DNA of 64,000 bases from Octopus sinensis (GCF_006345805.1 NC_043005.1:16120001-16184000), one strand, 5' to 3'. Shown: positions 40,090 to 52,632, counted from the first letter of the stretch. A program made the numbers and translations. The notes: generated by a model from the sequence alone, not told the origin.

Positions 40090-40245
40090 ACAACGGGCTT
40101 CTTTAGGTTTCCGTCTATTAACTCCATTCACAAAGTTTTGGTTGGCCCGAGGCTATAGAGAGGACACCTGCCTAAAGTGTCACGCAGTAGGACTGAACCC
40201 AGAACAATGTGGTTGGGAAGCAAACTTCTTACCACACAGCCACGT
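40090..40245 (-). mobile_element. SINE family A, 5' half
   Basis: ACGGGCTTCTTTAGGTTTCCGTC...CTTACCACACAGCCAC. Confidence 0.8.
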
Positions 40246-40619
40246 TCGAACCAAAAATCCGCGATAAACGAGGATAGATGCACAATTTTTCACAGAACAG
40301 AGTAAACAGTACCGCGTATTCCAAATCTAATTCATTTACGGTACAATGGAAAATTTTAAAACGTTCCAAAGATTATTCATTTGCACTCATTTAAACATCA
40401 TATGTAAAAACTAATCACACACATCTGCGTACATACACACACTAATTCCCTCATATATTCACAAATCTTTGAGAAGGTTTTCATTCATATAAAAATGGCT
40501 TGTATGTTAGATTGGGGCTTCAGTTCTACAAAGAACTTAAGTATATCTCGAAGAATAATGTATGTACGTAAAAATCTTCACTTTACATTTAAATGCTCCA
40601 CTGATGAGGAGAGAAAAAC

Positions 40620-40852
40620 TTATTTCTTTACTACCCACAGGGTGCTACACACAGAAGGGACAAACAACGACGGACAAAGGGATTAAGTCGATTATATCTA
40701 CCCCAGTGCGTAACTGGTACTTATTTAATCGACCCCGAAAGGATGAAAGGCAAAGTTGACCTCGGCGGAATTTGAACTCAGAACGTAGCGGCAGACGAAA
40801 TTCCGCTAGGCATTTCGCCCGGCGTGCTAACGTTTCTTCCAGCTCACCACCT
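40620..40852 (-). mobile_element. SINE family C, full length
   Basis: Inverted match to 45404-45637. Confidence 0.9.
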
Positions 40853-41724
40853 GAGAAGGACTTGGTTGGTGTCGAACCACCGTTTCAGAGTTGATGCTTT
40901 TGTGTTATTGCTTCTAAATATTCGTCCCCAAATCAGAAGTAACTTGACTCATTAGAGACATATGTGCTCATACAAACATGTGTATTCACTGTAAATCCAA
41001 TATTGATTTCTTACATAATGTCAAAGCCTCAAATTTCGGATTCGAGTATAGTTGATCAACTCAGTACTTGGCCGGCAGATTATTTTGTCAACCCCGGAAT
41101 GACAAACGACACAGTTAACTACAGCGGATTTTGAAAACCTAACTTCAAGGGCATTAACTGAATGCTGCAAGACATTTTATCTGATGCTGTAATACTTCTG
41201 CCAAATCAGCGTCTGCTGTTAGTTCAATATATACACACGAATTGTCAAACGTTATACTTGACAAATGAAAGCGCCAGGCCTAGTGGTTAGGCTCTTGGAC
41301 TCATGGTTGTAAGGATGATGTCTTTGTTACAATATTACAATAACCAATAATATGTCCTGCATGTATAGTAACATTGCGATAATGAAATTATTACTAGCTT
41401 ATCTCACTCTTTCTCCCGAAATTCCTAGGAACCATTTGCGAAACCTCAGGGTTCCGGGGAACCCCGGTACAGAACCGCTTCTAGTGCAAACAGTTAAATA
41501 TGAGCAAGTCCACAAAGTTTATTGGGCAGGATAACGATATTCACTAAAGTCAAGCACTCGAGAAAACTGAAGATAACTTTTGTCGGCTAAAATAAATTGT
41601 TGGGTGTCTAGGTAGAAAGCTTAACTTTTCGGTATCTGACCTGTAACAGCAAACGGGACGGGAGAAACTCTCTCCAAATTTCTGTTGTTTTTTTTCTTTT
41701 GCATTCACTATCTTACATTCACTA

Positions 41725-42241
41725 CAGGCGTAGGAGTGGCTGTGTAGTGAGGGCGCGTGGCTTAGTGGTTAGGGCATTCGGCTCATGATCGTAAGGTTGT
41801 GAGTTCGATTCCCGGCGACGCGTTGTGTCCTTGAGCAAGACACTTTATTTCACGTTGCTCCAGTCCACTCAGCTGGCAAAAATGAGTTGTACTTGTATTT
41901 CAAAGGGTCAGCCTTGTCACTCTCTGTGTCACGCTGATTATCCCCGAGAACTACGTTAAGGGTACACGTGTCTGTGGAATGCTCAGCCATTTGCACGTTA
42001 ATTTCACGAGCAAGCTGTTCCGTTGATCGTATCAGCTGGGACCCTCGTCGTCGTAACCGGCGGAGTCTTTTTAAGGAGTGGCTGTGTGGTAAGTAGCTTC
42101 CTTACGAACCACATGGTTCCGGTTTCAGTCCAACTGCGTGGCACCTTGGGCAAGTGTCTTATACTATAGCCTCTTGCCGACCGGAGCCTTGTGAGTGGAT
42201 TTGGTCGACGGAAACAGAAAGAAGCCTGTCGTATATATGTG

Positions 42242-42274
<33 letters not shown>

Positions 42275-42360
42275 TTGTGTGTCTGTGTTTGTCCCTACCA
42301 ACATTACTTGACAACCGATGCTGGTGTGTTTACGTCCCCGTAACTTAGCAGTTCGACAAA
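41725..42360 (+). mobile_element. SINE family A with a family B SINE nested in its head
   Basis: Head duplicated as a TSD: 41732-41750 and 42074-42092. Confidence 0.85.
41751..42073 (+). mobile_element. SINE family B head with tail X
   Basis: A box TGGCTTAGTGG, B box GTTCGATTCCC, CORE-like GTGTCCTTGAGCAAGACACTT. Confidence 0.9.
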
Positions 42361-42458
42361 TAAACGGATAAAATATTTACCAGAAAGAAAATTGTGCTGA
42401 GATCAATATTGGTCGCCAAATACTCAGGCACGTTACAAGAGTTGATCCAATCAAGAAT

Positions 42459-42510
<52 letters not shown>

Positions 42511-42584
42511 GCACGCACGCACGCACGCACGTACACACACACATTATATGCATATATATATATATATATATATATAGGCATGTG

Positions 42585-42832
42585 TATGTGTTTGTGTGTC
42601 TGTGTTTGTTCCCCCAAAATCACTTGACAACCGATGCTGGTGTGTTTACGTCCTCGTAACTTAGCGGTTCAGCAAAAGAGACCGATAGAATAAGTACTAG
42701 GCTTCCAAAGAATAAGTCCTGGGGGGACGATTCGCTCGACTAAAGGCGGAGCTCCAGCATGGTCACAGTCAAATGACTGAAACAAGTAAAAGAGTAAAAG
42801 AGAGTAAAGAGAGTAAAGAGAGTAAAGAGTAA
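42585..42832 (+). mobile_element. SINE family A, 3' half with (AAAGAGT)n tail
   Basis: GAGACCGATAGAATAAGTACTAGG...GAAACAAGTAAAAGAGTAAAAGAGAGT. Confidence 0.85.
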
Positions 42833-43289
42833 AGTGTACATACCACGTAAGACAACAACAAATGCATGGCTTGACAATGAGCAGCGTGCGATGGAAGAGT
42901 CTCGCCGCTTAAAGTCTAATGAGAAAAGACAGGTTTAAAGGAACAAACTGCGTTATGTACTAAGATTTATGTATTCTCAGGCAGGTGTAACAGATTTTGT
43001 ATGCGACAGGCGGATTTCGTTCCGGTCATGTATAATCGTGGTAATTAGACCGACGCCTTAACGCGGTTCATGTAGGTTAGATTCATGCTGAGTTTCCCCC
43101 ATCTACATCCTCTTTTAGCATACATTATATTTGGTTAAATGTAAACATGTAGTTACAGTTCAACCTTAAATTAACCATCATTTTATGCATATGTGGGCGT
43201 ATGCATGTATATATATATATATATATATATTTAGACACACATACATATTTGTGTACATATACATACGTATATACATGTACACCGGCATA

Positions 43290-43335
<46 letters not shown>

Positions 43336-43342
43336 AGGTGTG

Positions 43343-43573
43343 TGGAGGTGCGTGGCTTACTGGTTAAGGTGTCAGCATCACGATCGTAAGATTGTGGTTT
43401 CGATTCCTGGACTGGGCGATGCGTTGTGTTCTTGAGCAAAACACTTCATTTCACGTTGCTTCAGTCCACTCAGCTGGCAAAAATGAGTAACGCTGCGATG
43501 GACTGGGGAACACATACGCCATAGAAACCGGGAAACCGGGCCCATGAGCCTGGCTAGGCTTTAAAATGGGCGC

Positions 43574-43577
<4 letters not shown>
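43343..43577 (+). mobile_element. SINE family B head with short tail Z
   Basis: B head and centre, then GCTGCGATGGACTGG...GAAACCGGGAAACCGGCCCATGAGCC; similar tail at 17565-17660. Confidence 0.8.
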
Positions 43578-43602
<25 letters not shown>

Positions 43603-43604
<2 letters not shown>

Positions 43605-43764
43605 CTCAAACGCAGTATAATGTTAATAATATAGCCTGAACAGGATAAGCTACCCCTATTTTGCAGAAAGAAGTGTCGGCGGCCGGCTATGAGACTTTTT
43701 TCTGCAAAATAGGGGTAGCTTATCCTATTCAGGCTATATTATAGCATTATACTGCGTTAGAGAA
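43603..43764. mobile_element. 162-bp fold-back MITE-like element
   Basis: Inverted arms of about 68 bp (TTCTCAAACGCAGTATAATG... / ...CATTATACTGCGTTAGAGAA). Confidence 0.7.
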
Positions 43765-43879
43765 TTTAAAATCACTTCTTTAATTTTCTAAGACATCTGA
43801 ACGCTTCTAAAGCAAACTTCGTTTGTTTGTTGACGTTCATCATAATTTGAATTGAATATATATATATATATATTTTTTT

Positions 43880-44240
43880 TTTCTTTTACTCTTTTACTTG
43901 TTTCAATCATTTGACTGTAGCCATGCTGAATCCCCGCTTTTAGTCGAACAAATCGACGCCAGGACTTATTCTTCGTAAGCCTAGTACTTATTCTATCGGT
44001 CTCCGTTTGCCGAACCGCTAAGTTACGGGGACGTAAACACACCACAGCATCGGTCATCAAGCGATGTTGGGGGTACAAACACAGACACACATATATATAT
44101 ACGTTTCCGCTTCAGTTTTCGTCTACTAAATCCACTCACAAAGCTTTGGTCGGCCTGAGGCTATAGTAGAAGACACTTGCCCAAGGTACCACACAGTGAG
44201 ACTGAACCCGGAACCATGTGGTTGGGAAGCAAGCTACTTA
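43880..44240 (-). mobile_element. SINE family A, full length
   Basis: All modules present. Confidence 0.9.
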
Positions 44241-44259
44241 CCACACAGCCACTCCTGCG

Positions 44260-44334
<75 letters not shown>

Positions 44335-44538
44335 ACACACACACACACATACGCACACACACACACACATACGCACACACACACACACACCACATAGGCG
44401 CACGTGCTCATATGCACGTACGCATATGCGTATGTGTGTGGTTTACTTGTCTCTTCTCTTGTTAACGATATTATATCTGCCTTCCCACTTCGTCATAAAC
44501 CCTGCATTAAACCTTAACCTCCAGAACGTCTTTATTTA

Positions 44539-44568
<30 letters not shown>

Positions 44569-44582
<14 letters not shown>

Positions 44583-44822
44583 ATTGAGGTAATCAGATCA
44601 GATGGTTCATATTTGTAGATATTTATTTATATATTACATTTTTTACATATATATCATATCATTCGGATTAGCGCTTGCTCCCATTCTAGTGGGTAAACCC
44701 ACTAGAATGGGAGCAAGCGCTAATCCGAATGATATGATATATATGTAAAAAATGTAATATATAAATAAATATCTACAAATATGAACCATCTGATCTGATT
44801 ACCTCAATTTTTCTAATATATA
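44569..44822. repeat. Perfect 254-bp palindrome (126-bp arms, 2-nt spacer)
   Basis: Arms compared base by base; centre GGGT-AA-ACCC at 44691-44700. Confidence 0.95.
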
Positions 44823-45403
44823 ATACCTGTACATCATCTCCAAACCTTCCGATATATATATATATATACACATGTAAATATATATATACACACACATTCA
44901 TGTACTTCCATGCTAATTTGGTGCTTTCACTAATTATTTCAGGTACCTTTGTTATCTCTATCAGAGTGAGACACTGTCTCGGCTCTCTCATCCTTGACCT
45001 TGCGGTGCATCCTGAATGAGACAGCTGCAGGGGAGAAAGAGAGGGTCGCATCAATACTCAGCCGGTACTCGTTTATAGCTGCTAGATCAGTGCCACGTAA
45101 AATGAAGTGTGTGGCTCAAAGACACAACGCGCTCTCCGGTCCACTAATTCAACCCGCAAATTTATGATCATGAGCTGAACACTTAATTTCTAGGCCACGC
45201 CCCTTCACTAAAGAATTGTAAATTGCCAATTCAATAAAGCTTGGAATTACTATTCAAAATGACGGTCTTAACTCTCAGCCGATCGTCTAAATGTGTCGTA
45301 CACTGCTCGAGGGCCTGGAGCTCTGAGAGGCCCGCACTCTACATCTTAACTCTACTAAAACACACATTCAAAGGGACCCGGTAAACTGTTATGCCCGAGG
45401 CAT

Positions 45404-45637
45404 AAGGCGGCGAGCTGGCAGAATCGTTAGCACGCCGGGCGAAATGCGTAGCGGTATTTCGTCTGTCTTTACGTTCTGAGTTCAAATTCCGCCGAGGTCG
45501 ACTTTGCCTTTCATCCTTTCGGGGTCGATTAAATAAGTGCCAGTTACGCACTGGGGTCGATGTAATCGACTTAATCCGTTTGTCTGTCCTTGTTTGTCCC
45601 CTCTGTGTTTAGCCCCTTGTGGGTAGTAAAGAAATAA
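45404..45637 (+). mobile_element. SINE family C, full length, with 14-bp TSD
   Basis: GTTATGCCCGAGGC (45388-45401) and GTTATGTCCGAGGC (45638-45651). Confidence 0.92.
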
Positions 45638-46689
45638 GTTATGTCCGAGGCCCCTTAATACTCTCAGTCCGCTCCTGACTGCACACCTCAAATTCATGCA
45701 GCAGCAGCATTTTGAGTTGATGACTGCTTCGTTAACATTGAGTTCAATTGTTATTGTAAGTGTAGCTTAATCGAGGACATGCTCAGCTAAGCTGACTAAT
45801 CTTACAGTACACCCATATGGAAATAGAGTTTATGACTGAAAAACGTCTAATTTAGACTCCAGTCAAAAAAATTTATTGCCGGTTGAGATATGAATGTTAT
45901 CCTAAATGCTTTTCCTGATATTATTAGTGGTGTAAGTTCTTCCAAAGTTTAAGCAATATAGTAAGATTTTAAAAGGGACCCTCTACTTTTTCGTTCGATC
46001 TGTCAAATATCGCAGTTAAATTCTCTCAAATCGCGTGTCATACTGTCTTTAAACGAAGACACATTGGCCCATCTAATCTTAAACATACATAAAAGCCGTG
46101 AGGGTTAAGACTGGAATGCTTTCGTTCATACATCTGCTGGATGAAGTCTTAGAAAAGTAAGACACAACTAAACAGCAGAAGATTGGGAGTTTAAAAGGGA
46201 GCGTAGCTCTATGTGGTAATTCAACCGGTTAGAATTAGCAGTCGGACCTTTCTAAATTCCACCCTACTGTTTAGGAAAAAAGGACAGGCGATATATGCAT
46301 CAATGTTAATGTAGTTCTTGATATATTATGTCTTAAACAAATATTGAACGTTGTGGCTGGAATACTTGTGAACATAGGTGTTACATAATCAGTGCCGACC
46401 TGAGGCTAAATAACAACAATCTTAAACTGACTTAAAGTCTTGACTCGATGTCGCTCCTGCCTGTGAATTATAATCGATTTGATGTAGCATATTTCTCTGT
46501 TAGTTGGAAAATAAACGAGAAATATTAATGGCCGTCTTCAGAAACTGTCCCCGGATACTCAGTGGTCCCTTACTAACTGCCTTTCTTGGAATTTTCCGTT
46601 GTTACTGTTTATTGTAATCGTTTAATCCCAGGTCTCTTTTAATTCGGTATATCTATAAGCAAGGATATTTCAGTGATGACCATGCCGTC

Positions 46690-47104
46690 TTTACTCTTTT
46701 TACTCTTTTACTTGTTTCAGTCATTTGACTGCGGCCATGCTGGAGCACCGCATTTAATCGACCAACTCGACCCCGGGACTTATTCCTTTGTAAGCCCAGT
46801 ACTTATTCTATCGGTCTCTTTTGCCGAACCGCTAGGTAACGGGGACATAAACACACCAGCATCGGTTGTCAAGCAATGCTAGGGGGACAAACACAGACAC
46901 GCAAATACACACACGCATATATATATACATACATATATACGACGGGCTTCTTTCAGTTTCCGTCTACCAAATCCACTCACAAGGCTTTGGTCGGCTCGAG
47001 GCTATAGTAGAAGACACTTGCCCAAGGTGCCATGCAGTGGGACTGAACCTGGAACCATGTGGTTAGTAAACAAGCTACTTACCACACAGCCACTCCTGCG
47101 CCTA
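46690..47104 (-). mobile_element. SINE family A, full length and well preserved
   Basis: Reference-like copy from head AGGCGCAGGAGTGGCTGTGTGG to the tail. Confidence 0.92.
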
Positions 47105-47629
47105 TGATCTACACTTTACAATTTCCTTATCATTTGTTTCTAAACGGACAGACACTGTTGATGGAATTTAGTTACTGTTTCTAGCCAGTCGAGCGATCAA
47201 CGTTGGACTGTACAGACGTTGGGTGTCAGAGCTTTTATATAACATGTGGTGGTTCTTTTTCTTTTAGACGTTTACTGCTGTCGTTGGTTATATATTTATA
47301 AAATTAAGTGTTTTTGCGTTCTAGTCTAACAATGCCAGGAGGACGAATGGATGGTAAATTAGACCACTGTGGGATTTGAAATCAGAACTTAAAAGGACTA
47401 AGTAACTAAATATTACAAATCAGCATGAGTAGTCACTGTAACTGTTGATGTTTTATTCTTGTTGTTGTTGTTGTTGTTGTTATTGTTGTTACTACACAGT
47501 CAATGTTTCTTTCGATTCTCAGCACCAGGACACACATACCGGTTCTGAGATTATTTTCGTATGAATATTGCTCCGCCCTGTTTCGAATTCTTAGAATTTC
47601 TTTAGAGAAATAAAATAAATATCCGCACA

Positions 47630-47671
47630 ATAATAATAATAATGATGATAATAATGATAATAATAATAATA

Positions 47672-47718
<47 letters not shown>

Positions 47719-47767
47719 GTAATAATAATAATAATAACAATAATATGATATAATAATAATAATAATA

Positions 47768-47798
<31 letters not shown>

Positions 47799-47888
47799 TA
47801 TAATAATGATGATATGATGATGAATGATATGATGATAATAATAATAATAATAATAATATATAATAATAGTAATGATAATAATAATAAC

Positions 47889-47920
<32 letters not shown>

Positions 47921-47943
47921 TGATGATGATGATGATGATAATA

Positions 47944-47987
<44 letters not shown>

Positions 47988-48005
47988 GTAATAATAATAA
48001 TATAA
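47630..48005. repeat. (AAT)n/(GAT)n tract
   Basis: Directly visible; source of the poly-Y/L/I ORFs. Confidence 0.95.
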
Positions 48006-48437
48006 TGGTAAAATGTGCAAACTTGTCGACGCCCATTTAATTTTACTTCTGCAAGCGTTATTGATACCCTTAACTCCACCATTGAACATTCTAGAATGGT
48101 CGGTTACTTGGGAATGCATAAACCCGTGGGACATCATAACTGGTCACCAATACCACATAACCGTAAGAATATAGGCTTTATATAATTAAAAGGAAATTAA
48201 TAGTACATTACAGGATTCGGTTTCGGTTTGTTCTGTTACAGAAATAACAAAATACTGTGTCAGTAAGAATTTTTTTTATTGTCTGGTGAATTCTTTGCCG
48301 AACTAATATCACATTTTGAACCACATTTCGTTCGTGTCTCATTCAGCAGTTCTATATTTATTAACAGGGAAAAAAAAATCCAGCAACAGCAGCAATAACA
48401 ATAATATCGACAAAAATAATGATTTTTTTTTTCCACT

Positions 48438-48641
48438 AAAGGCACAAGGGTTGAAATTAGGCGGAGGGAAGAAGTCGATTACATTGACCCCCCCAGTATA
48501 TCACTGGTGCTTAATTCATCGACCCCGAAACGATGAAAGGCAAACTCAACCTCGGCGGAATTTGCATTCAGAACGTAGCGACGGGTGACATGACGCTAAG
48601 CATTTTCTCTAGCGTATAACGAGTCTGCCAGCTCACCGCTT
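48438..48641 (-). mobile_element. SINE family C variant abutting (AAT)n
   Basis: GTCGATTACATTGACCCC...GCCAGCTCACCGCTT. Confidence 0.8.
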
Positions 48642-48665
48642 GTAATAATAATAATAATAATAATA

Positions 48666-48697
<32 letters not shown>

Positions 48698-48742
48698 AAT
48701 AATAATAATAATAATAATAATAATATAATAATAATAATAATA

Positions 48743-49570
48743 AACAGAAAAAAGAGCAGAAGTTATATGACTGGCAAAAGAAGGCTTTGCATGGTAGATT
48801 CTTAATATAGTTGCAGGAAATAGTAATGACGCATGGTTATAGTTGCAGAAAGGAAGGCTGAAAAGGGAGACGGAAAGTTTATCAGTAGCAGCACAAGATC
48901 AAGCATTAAGGACTAATTGGATAAGAACTAAGCTAGACAAAAACCAAACAGATTCCCAATGTAGGTTACGCAAATCAAAAGAGGAAATTGTTACCCATAT
49001 AGTAAGTGAACGCAATATGCTGGCACAGAATGAATACAAGAAAAGACATGACAACCTAGGGAGAGTAATCCACTGGGAATTATGTAGAAAGCTAGAATTT
49101 GAGCATACTCATAAATGGTATGAACATGAACCGAGTAAAGTACTAGAAAGTAAGAAATATAAGATGCTGTAGGACTGTATCATTCAGACTGATAGAGTAA
49201 CAGAACCCAGAAGGCCTGATTCAGTAGTGGTAGATAAAGAGAATAGAAAGTGCCAGGTAGTTGACTTTACAGTCTCGAATGATGAAATAAATCAATATGA
49301 AAGGTATAGAAAAATCGCAAAGTATCAAGATCTAGCCTTTGACTATGGAAAGTGCGGGTAAAATGTATCCCTGTCGTTACAGGTGCATTTGGAAGTATAC
49401 GTAAAGATCTGAACAGATGGATAGAGGAAATAGGCATAAAACCCAGTTTAGTACAGTTCCAGAAAACAATGTTATCGGGGATAGCTAGGATAGTTCGGAA
49501 GGTTCTTGTTGTAGCCCGATGTTAGGAATTTTTCTTTTCCAGCAGTCTAATCTGTGGAGCATATATGAAA
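48743..49570 (+). mobile_element. R4/Dong-clade LINE 3' fragment (restriction-like endonuclease) embedded in (TAA)n
   Basis: WQKKALHGRF...LKRETESLSVAAQDQALRTN...CRL...HIVS...EYKKRHD...IHWELC...WYEHEP...IQTD...RRPD...VVD...KYQDL...IARIVRKVL; several stops; AAT repeats on both sides. Confidence 0.88.
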
Positions 49571-49632
49571 TAATAATTATAATAATAATGATAATAATAA
49601 TAATAATGATAATAATAATAATAATAATAATA

Positions 49633-49680
<48 letters not shown>

Positions 49681-49681
<1 letters not shown>

Positions 49682-49894
49682 TCTTTGTAGAAAAGACACA
49701 AGGCCTGAAATTTGTGGGGAGGGGACTAGTCGATTACATCGACCCCCAGTACTCAAGTGGTACTTAATTTATCGACCCTGGAAAGATGAAAGGTATAGTC
49801 GACTTCGGCGGAATTTGAACTTAGAACATAGCGACGGGCAAAATACCGCTTAGCAGTTTTCCCGACGTGCTAACGATTCTACCAGCTCACCGCT
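49681..49894 (-). mobile_element. SINE family C variant flanked by (AAT)n on both sides
   Basis: Full head to tail between the tracts at 49570-49680 and 49895-50084. Confidence 0.85.
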
Positions 49895-49895
49895 C

Positions 49896-49930
<35 letters not shown>

Positions 49931-49933
49931 TAA

Positions 49934-49976
<43 letters not shown>

Positions 49977-50032
49977 AAATAATAATAATAATAATAATAA
50001 ATAATAATAATACTAATATGATAATAATAATG

Positions 50033-50084
<52 letters not shown>

Positions 50085-50085
<1 letters not shown>

Positions 50086-50250
50086 TCTGGCTCAAGGCCA
50101 GAATCTTAGGGGGAGGGGAATTAAGTCGATTACCTCGACCCCAGTATTCAACAGGTACCTAATTTATCGACTCCGAAATGATGAAAGGCAAAGCCGACTC
50201 CGACAGCATTTGAACTCAGAACATGAGGACGGATGAAATTCCGATTAAAG
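50085..50250 (-). mobile_element. SINE family C variant, 5'-truncated
   Basis: GGGGAATTAAGTCGATTACCTCGACCCC...TTGAACTCAGAAC. Confidence 0.75.
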
Positions 50251-51243
50251 CACAATGCTATTCTTCGGGGAAGAGACTGTTAAGCATTGAGAAGTGAACA
50301 CTAAGATGTATGGATCCAATCCGAAACCATGTAGTTTTGACGCTAATGTCTTGACCACACAGCCATTATAACGATGAGGATGATGAAGACCTAACGTTAC
50401 ACGAGAACATCAACACCGCCATGAATAACGATACCGCTATCATTAGGATAATAGCAAAAAGAACGATGCTAAAGTTTCTCTGCTAGACCACATGTAGACA
50501 GAAAGATGTCTTTCTCGTAAATACGTGAAAATTGCAGTATGCAAGACTACACTTTGAAAAAAGGAGCACTATCATATGATAATGTGTTAGCGAAGAAAAT
50601 TCTGCACTAACTCAGGTGGAGAAGTGAGGAAGCCTGTGGAATGGAATAGAATACTTCGTAAAAAAGAGGTTGTACATGTGTATGGAAGTCCGCTCTCACA
50701 CAGGACAGGACGCCAAGAGGCTTTTCACTGTCCGGTGCGTAAGTGAAAAGATTGTTTTCGTCTCTCACCTATGGGATCACTGCGAGAAATTGCCGTTGAA
50801 GGTGAATTTTAGGAAGATTAACGAGAGATAACCGACAATTAAAATGTCTTCCAAGAACTCTGATCGTGAATGTTTAAACTTCGTTGTTTGATAACGTAGG
50901 AAAACAGGAAAATCATCAGATGTTTCCAGAAAGAAAAAAAGGCGCACCCAGTTACTATGTACATGGTACCACCTATCACTTGAAGGCATTCTGCTCCTAG
51001 GGGGAAAAAACATAGGTAACCTTTCCTGCAACCAGCATCACTACCACAAAATATTTAGCTGTAGTGGCTGCATCATGATCAACAACAATACCAGCTGCAC
51101 TAACATCAACAACCACATAAGTGTGATTCAGGAACAAGAAATTCAGGGTGAATACTTGATAAATGTAAGCACCTGTATATGCCAGCTAGTGGTATAGGTG
51201 ATAGGATATATGTATCAAAAGAAAAACAGGACGCAAAGGATTT

Positions 51244-51332
51244 TGCGGTACATATGTTTCGGGCTTTATTAAACGACTTATATCAATGCATAATTGATAT
51301 AACAGGTAGATCAAAAGCCTTCTTCGGCCGCA
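51244..51332 (-). ncRNA. Type I hammerhead-like motif with two substitutions (U4C, 10.1 mismatch)
   Basis: UGCGG-CCGAAGA-AGGCUUU...AAAGCCC-GAAA-CAUAUG-UA/CCGCA; perfect 5-bp helix I. Confidence 0.6.
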
Positions 51333-52375
51333 TACAATTACCACACCAAAGACATGTATCACATTATAACAGGTTTGAGAAAAAACCGAGTTTCATTGGG
51401 AAAGTAAATCCTCATAGACATACATGGTATTGCGAGACTCCAAAGCAGTGTGATTCTGTAAATACGGGGTTGCATAGAGCCTCTATGTGATAACTCCACC
51501 TTCTCGAAATAACAGGTTAAAAAATTTCAACTCCCTTTTGTCATTATAATATTAGTAGTTAAGAATCTTCAGTTTCCAACAAAATATACTAAGTCTATTT
51601 TATGTATTGAGTAATTTAAATACTTTTTCTTCCTCTGTACGCACGATACATTCACCAATGCCTTCGTGATCTCAACTCACTAATATCCGGTATTTATTAT
51701 AACAACAGTGTACTTAAAATTTCTTCTCTTTAACAATCGCGCTCCATAATGTCTTCCACCCCTTCATTTTAACTAACTCAAATGAAATAGTCCCAACAAT
51801 AATTATTTCTACCTAATTAATTAATTAATTTTCTTGCCATATTTTAATTGCCATTACGCGATATCGGAAACCCTTAGCAAAATTTAAGAAATTGAGTCAC
51901 ATACGTCACTGATATTTCAATAAGAACTTAAGTCTTAATTATCTGACGATTGTCCAATACACATGAATATTAAAGTTTGAAATACGATGCATTATTACTA
52001 ACGGATTATATAACTATATGTGTACGTGTGTGTATGTGTGGGAATGTGTATGTGTGGGAATGTGTATGTGTTTATTGATACGCACATACATATGTATACA
52101 TGCGTGTGGAAGAGCGTGTGTTAGTGTACATACATGCATAAAAGGAAGAAAAGAGCACAAAGTAAGTTTTATAAATATAATTTGTAGATGAGCAGCAAGC
52201 GATTTATGGGGCCATTTCGCAGTTAGACGACGTGGAGGTGGGGCTAAAAGTCTGCTTCAAGCCTCACATAAATGAATGGATAGCGTACATATCCATGTGT
52301 GTATATATGCACATGAGTGTATGTGTATACATGACACGTACAAACATATGAGTATATACATACATATATATACAC

Positions 52376-52416
<41 letters not shown>

Positions 52417-52453
52417 GAATGGAATTGAACGACTAGTTAACAAATATCCTTTA

Positions 52454-52536
52454 TTCTCGACATATGTTTCGAAGGCTGCATATTCCTAATTCCTAAGGAA
52501 TAAGGAGTACATTATGCAGATTTCTCATCAGGTAAT
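52454..52536 (-). ncRNA. Type I hammerhead motif, intact core, long helix II
   Basis: CUGAUGA-G...CUGCAUA...UAUGCAG...C-GAAA-CAUAUG-UC/; helix I weak. Confidence 0.6.
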
Positions 52537-52593
52537 CTTTCGAATTATCCTTAATAAGATAATTCATTCAACTACTCAAATATATATATATAT

Positions 52594-52632
<39 letters not shown>

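Noticed and set aside
41751-41822. tRNA gene (CAT anticodon-like loop)
   Set aside because: No closing acceptor stem; it runs into a SINE body, and sister copies have different loop sequences
47560-47612. Minus-strand CUAAAGA...CGAAACAGGGC motif
   Set aside because: At least three core or cleavage-site changes; not distinguishable from chance without paralogues
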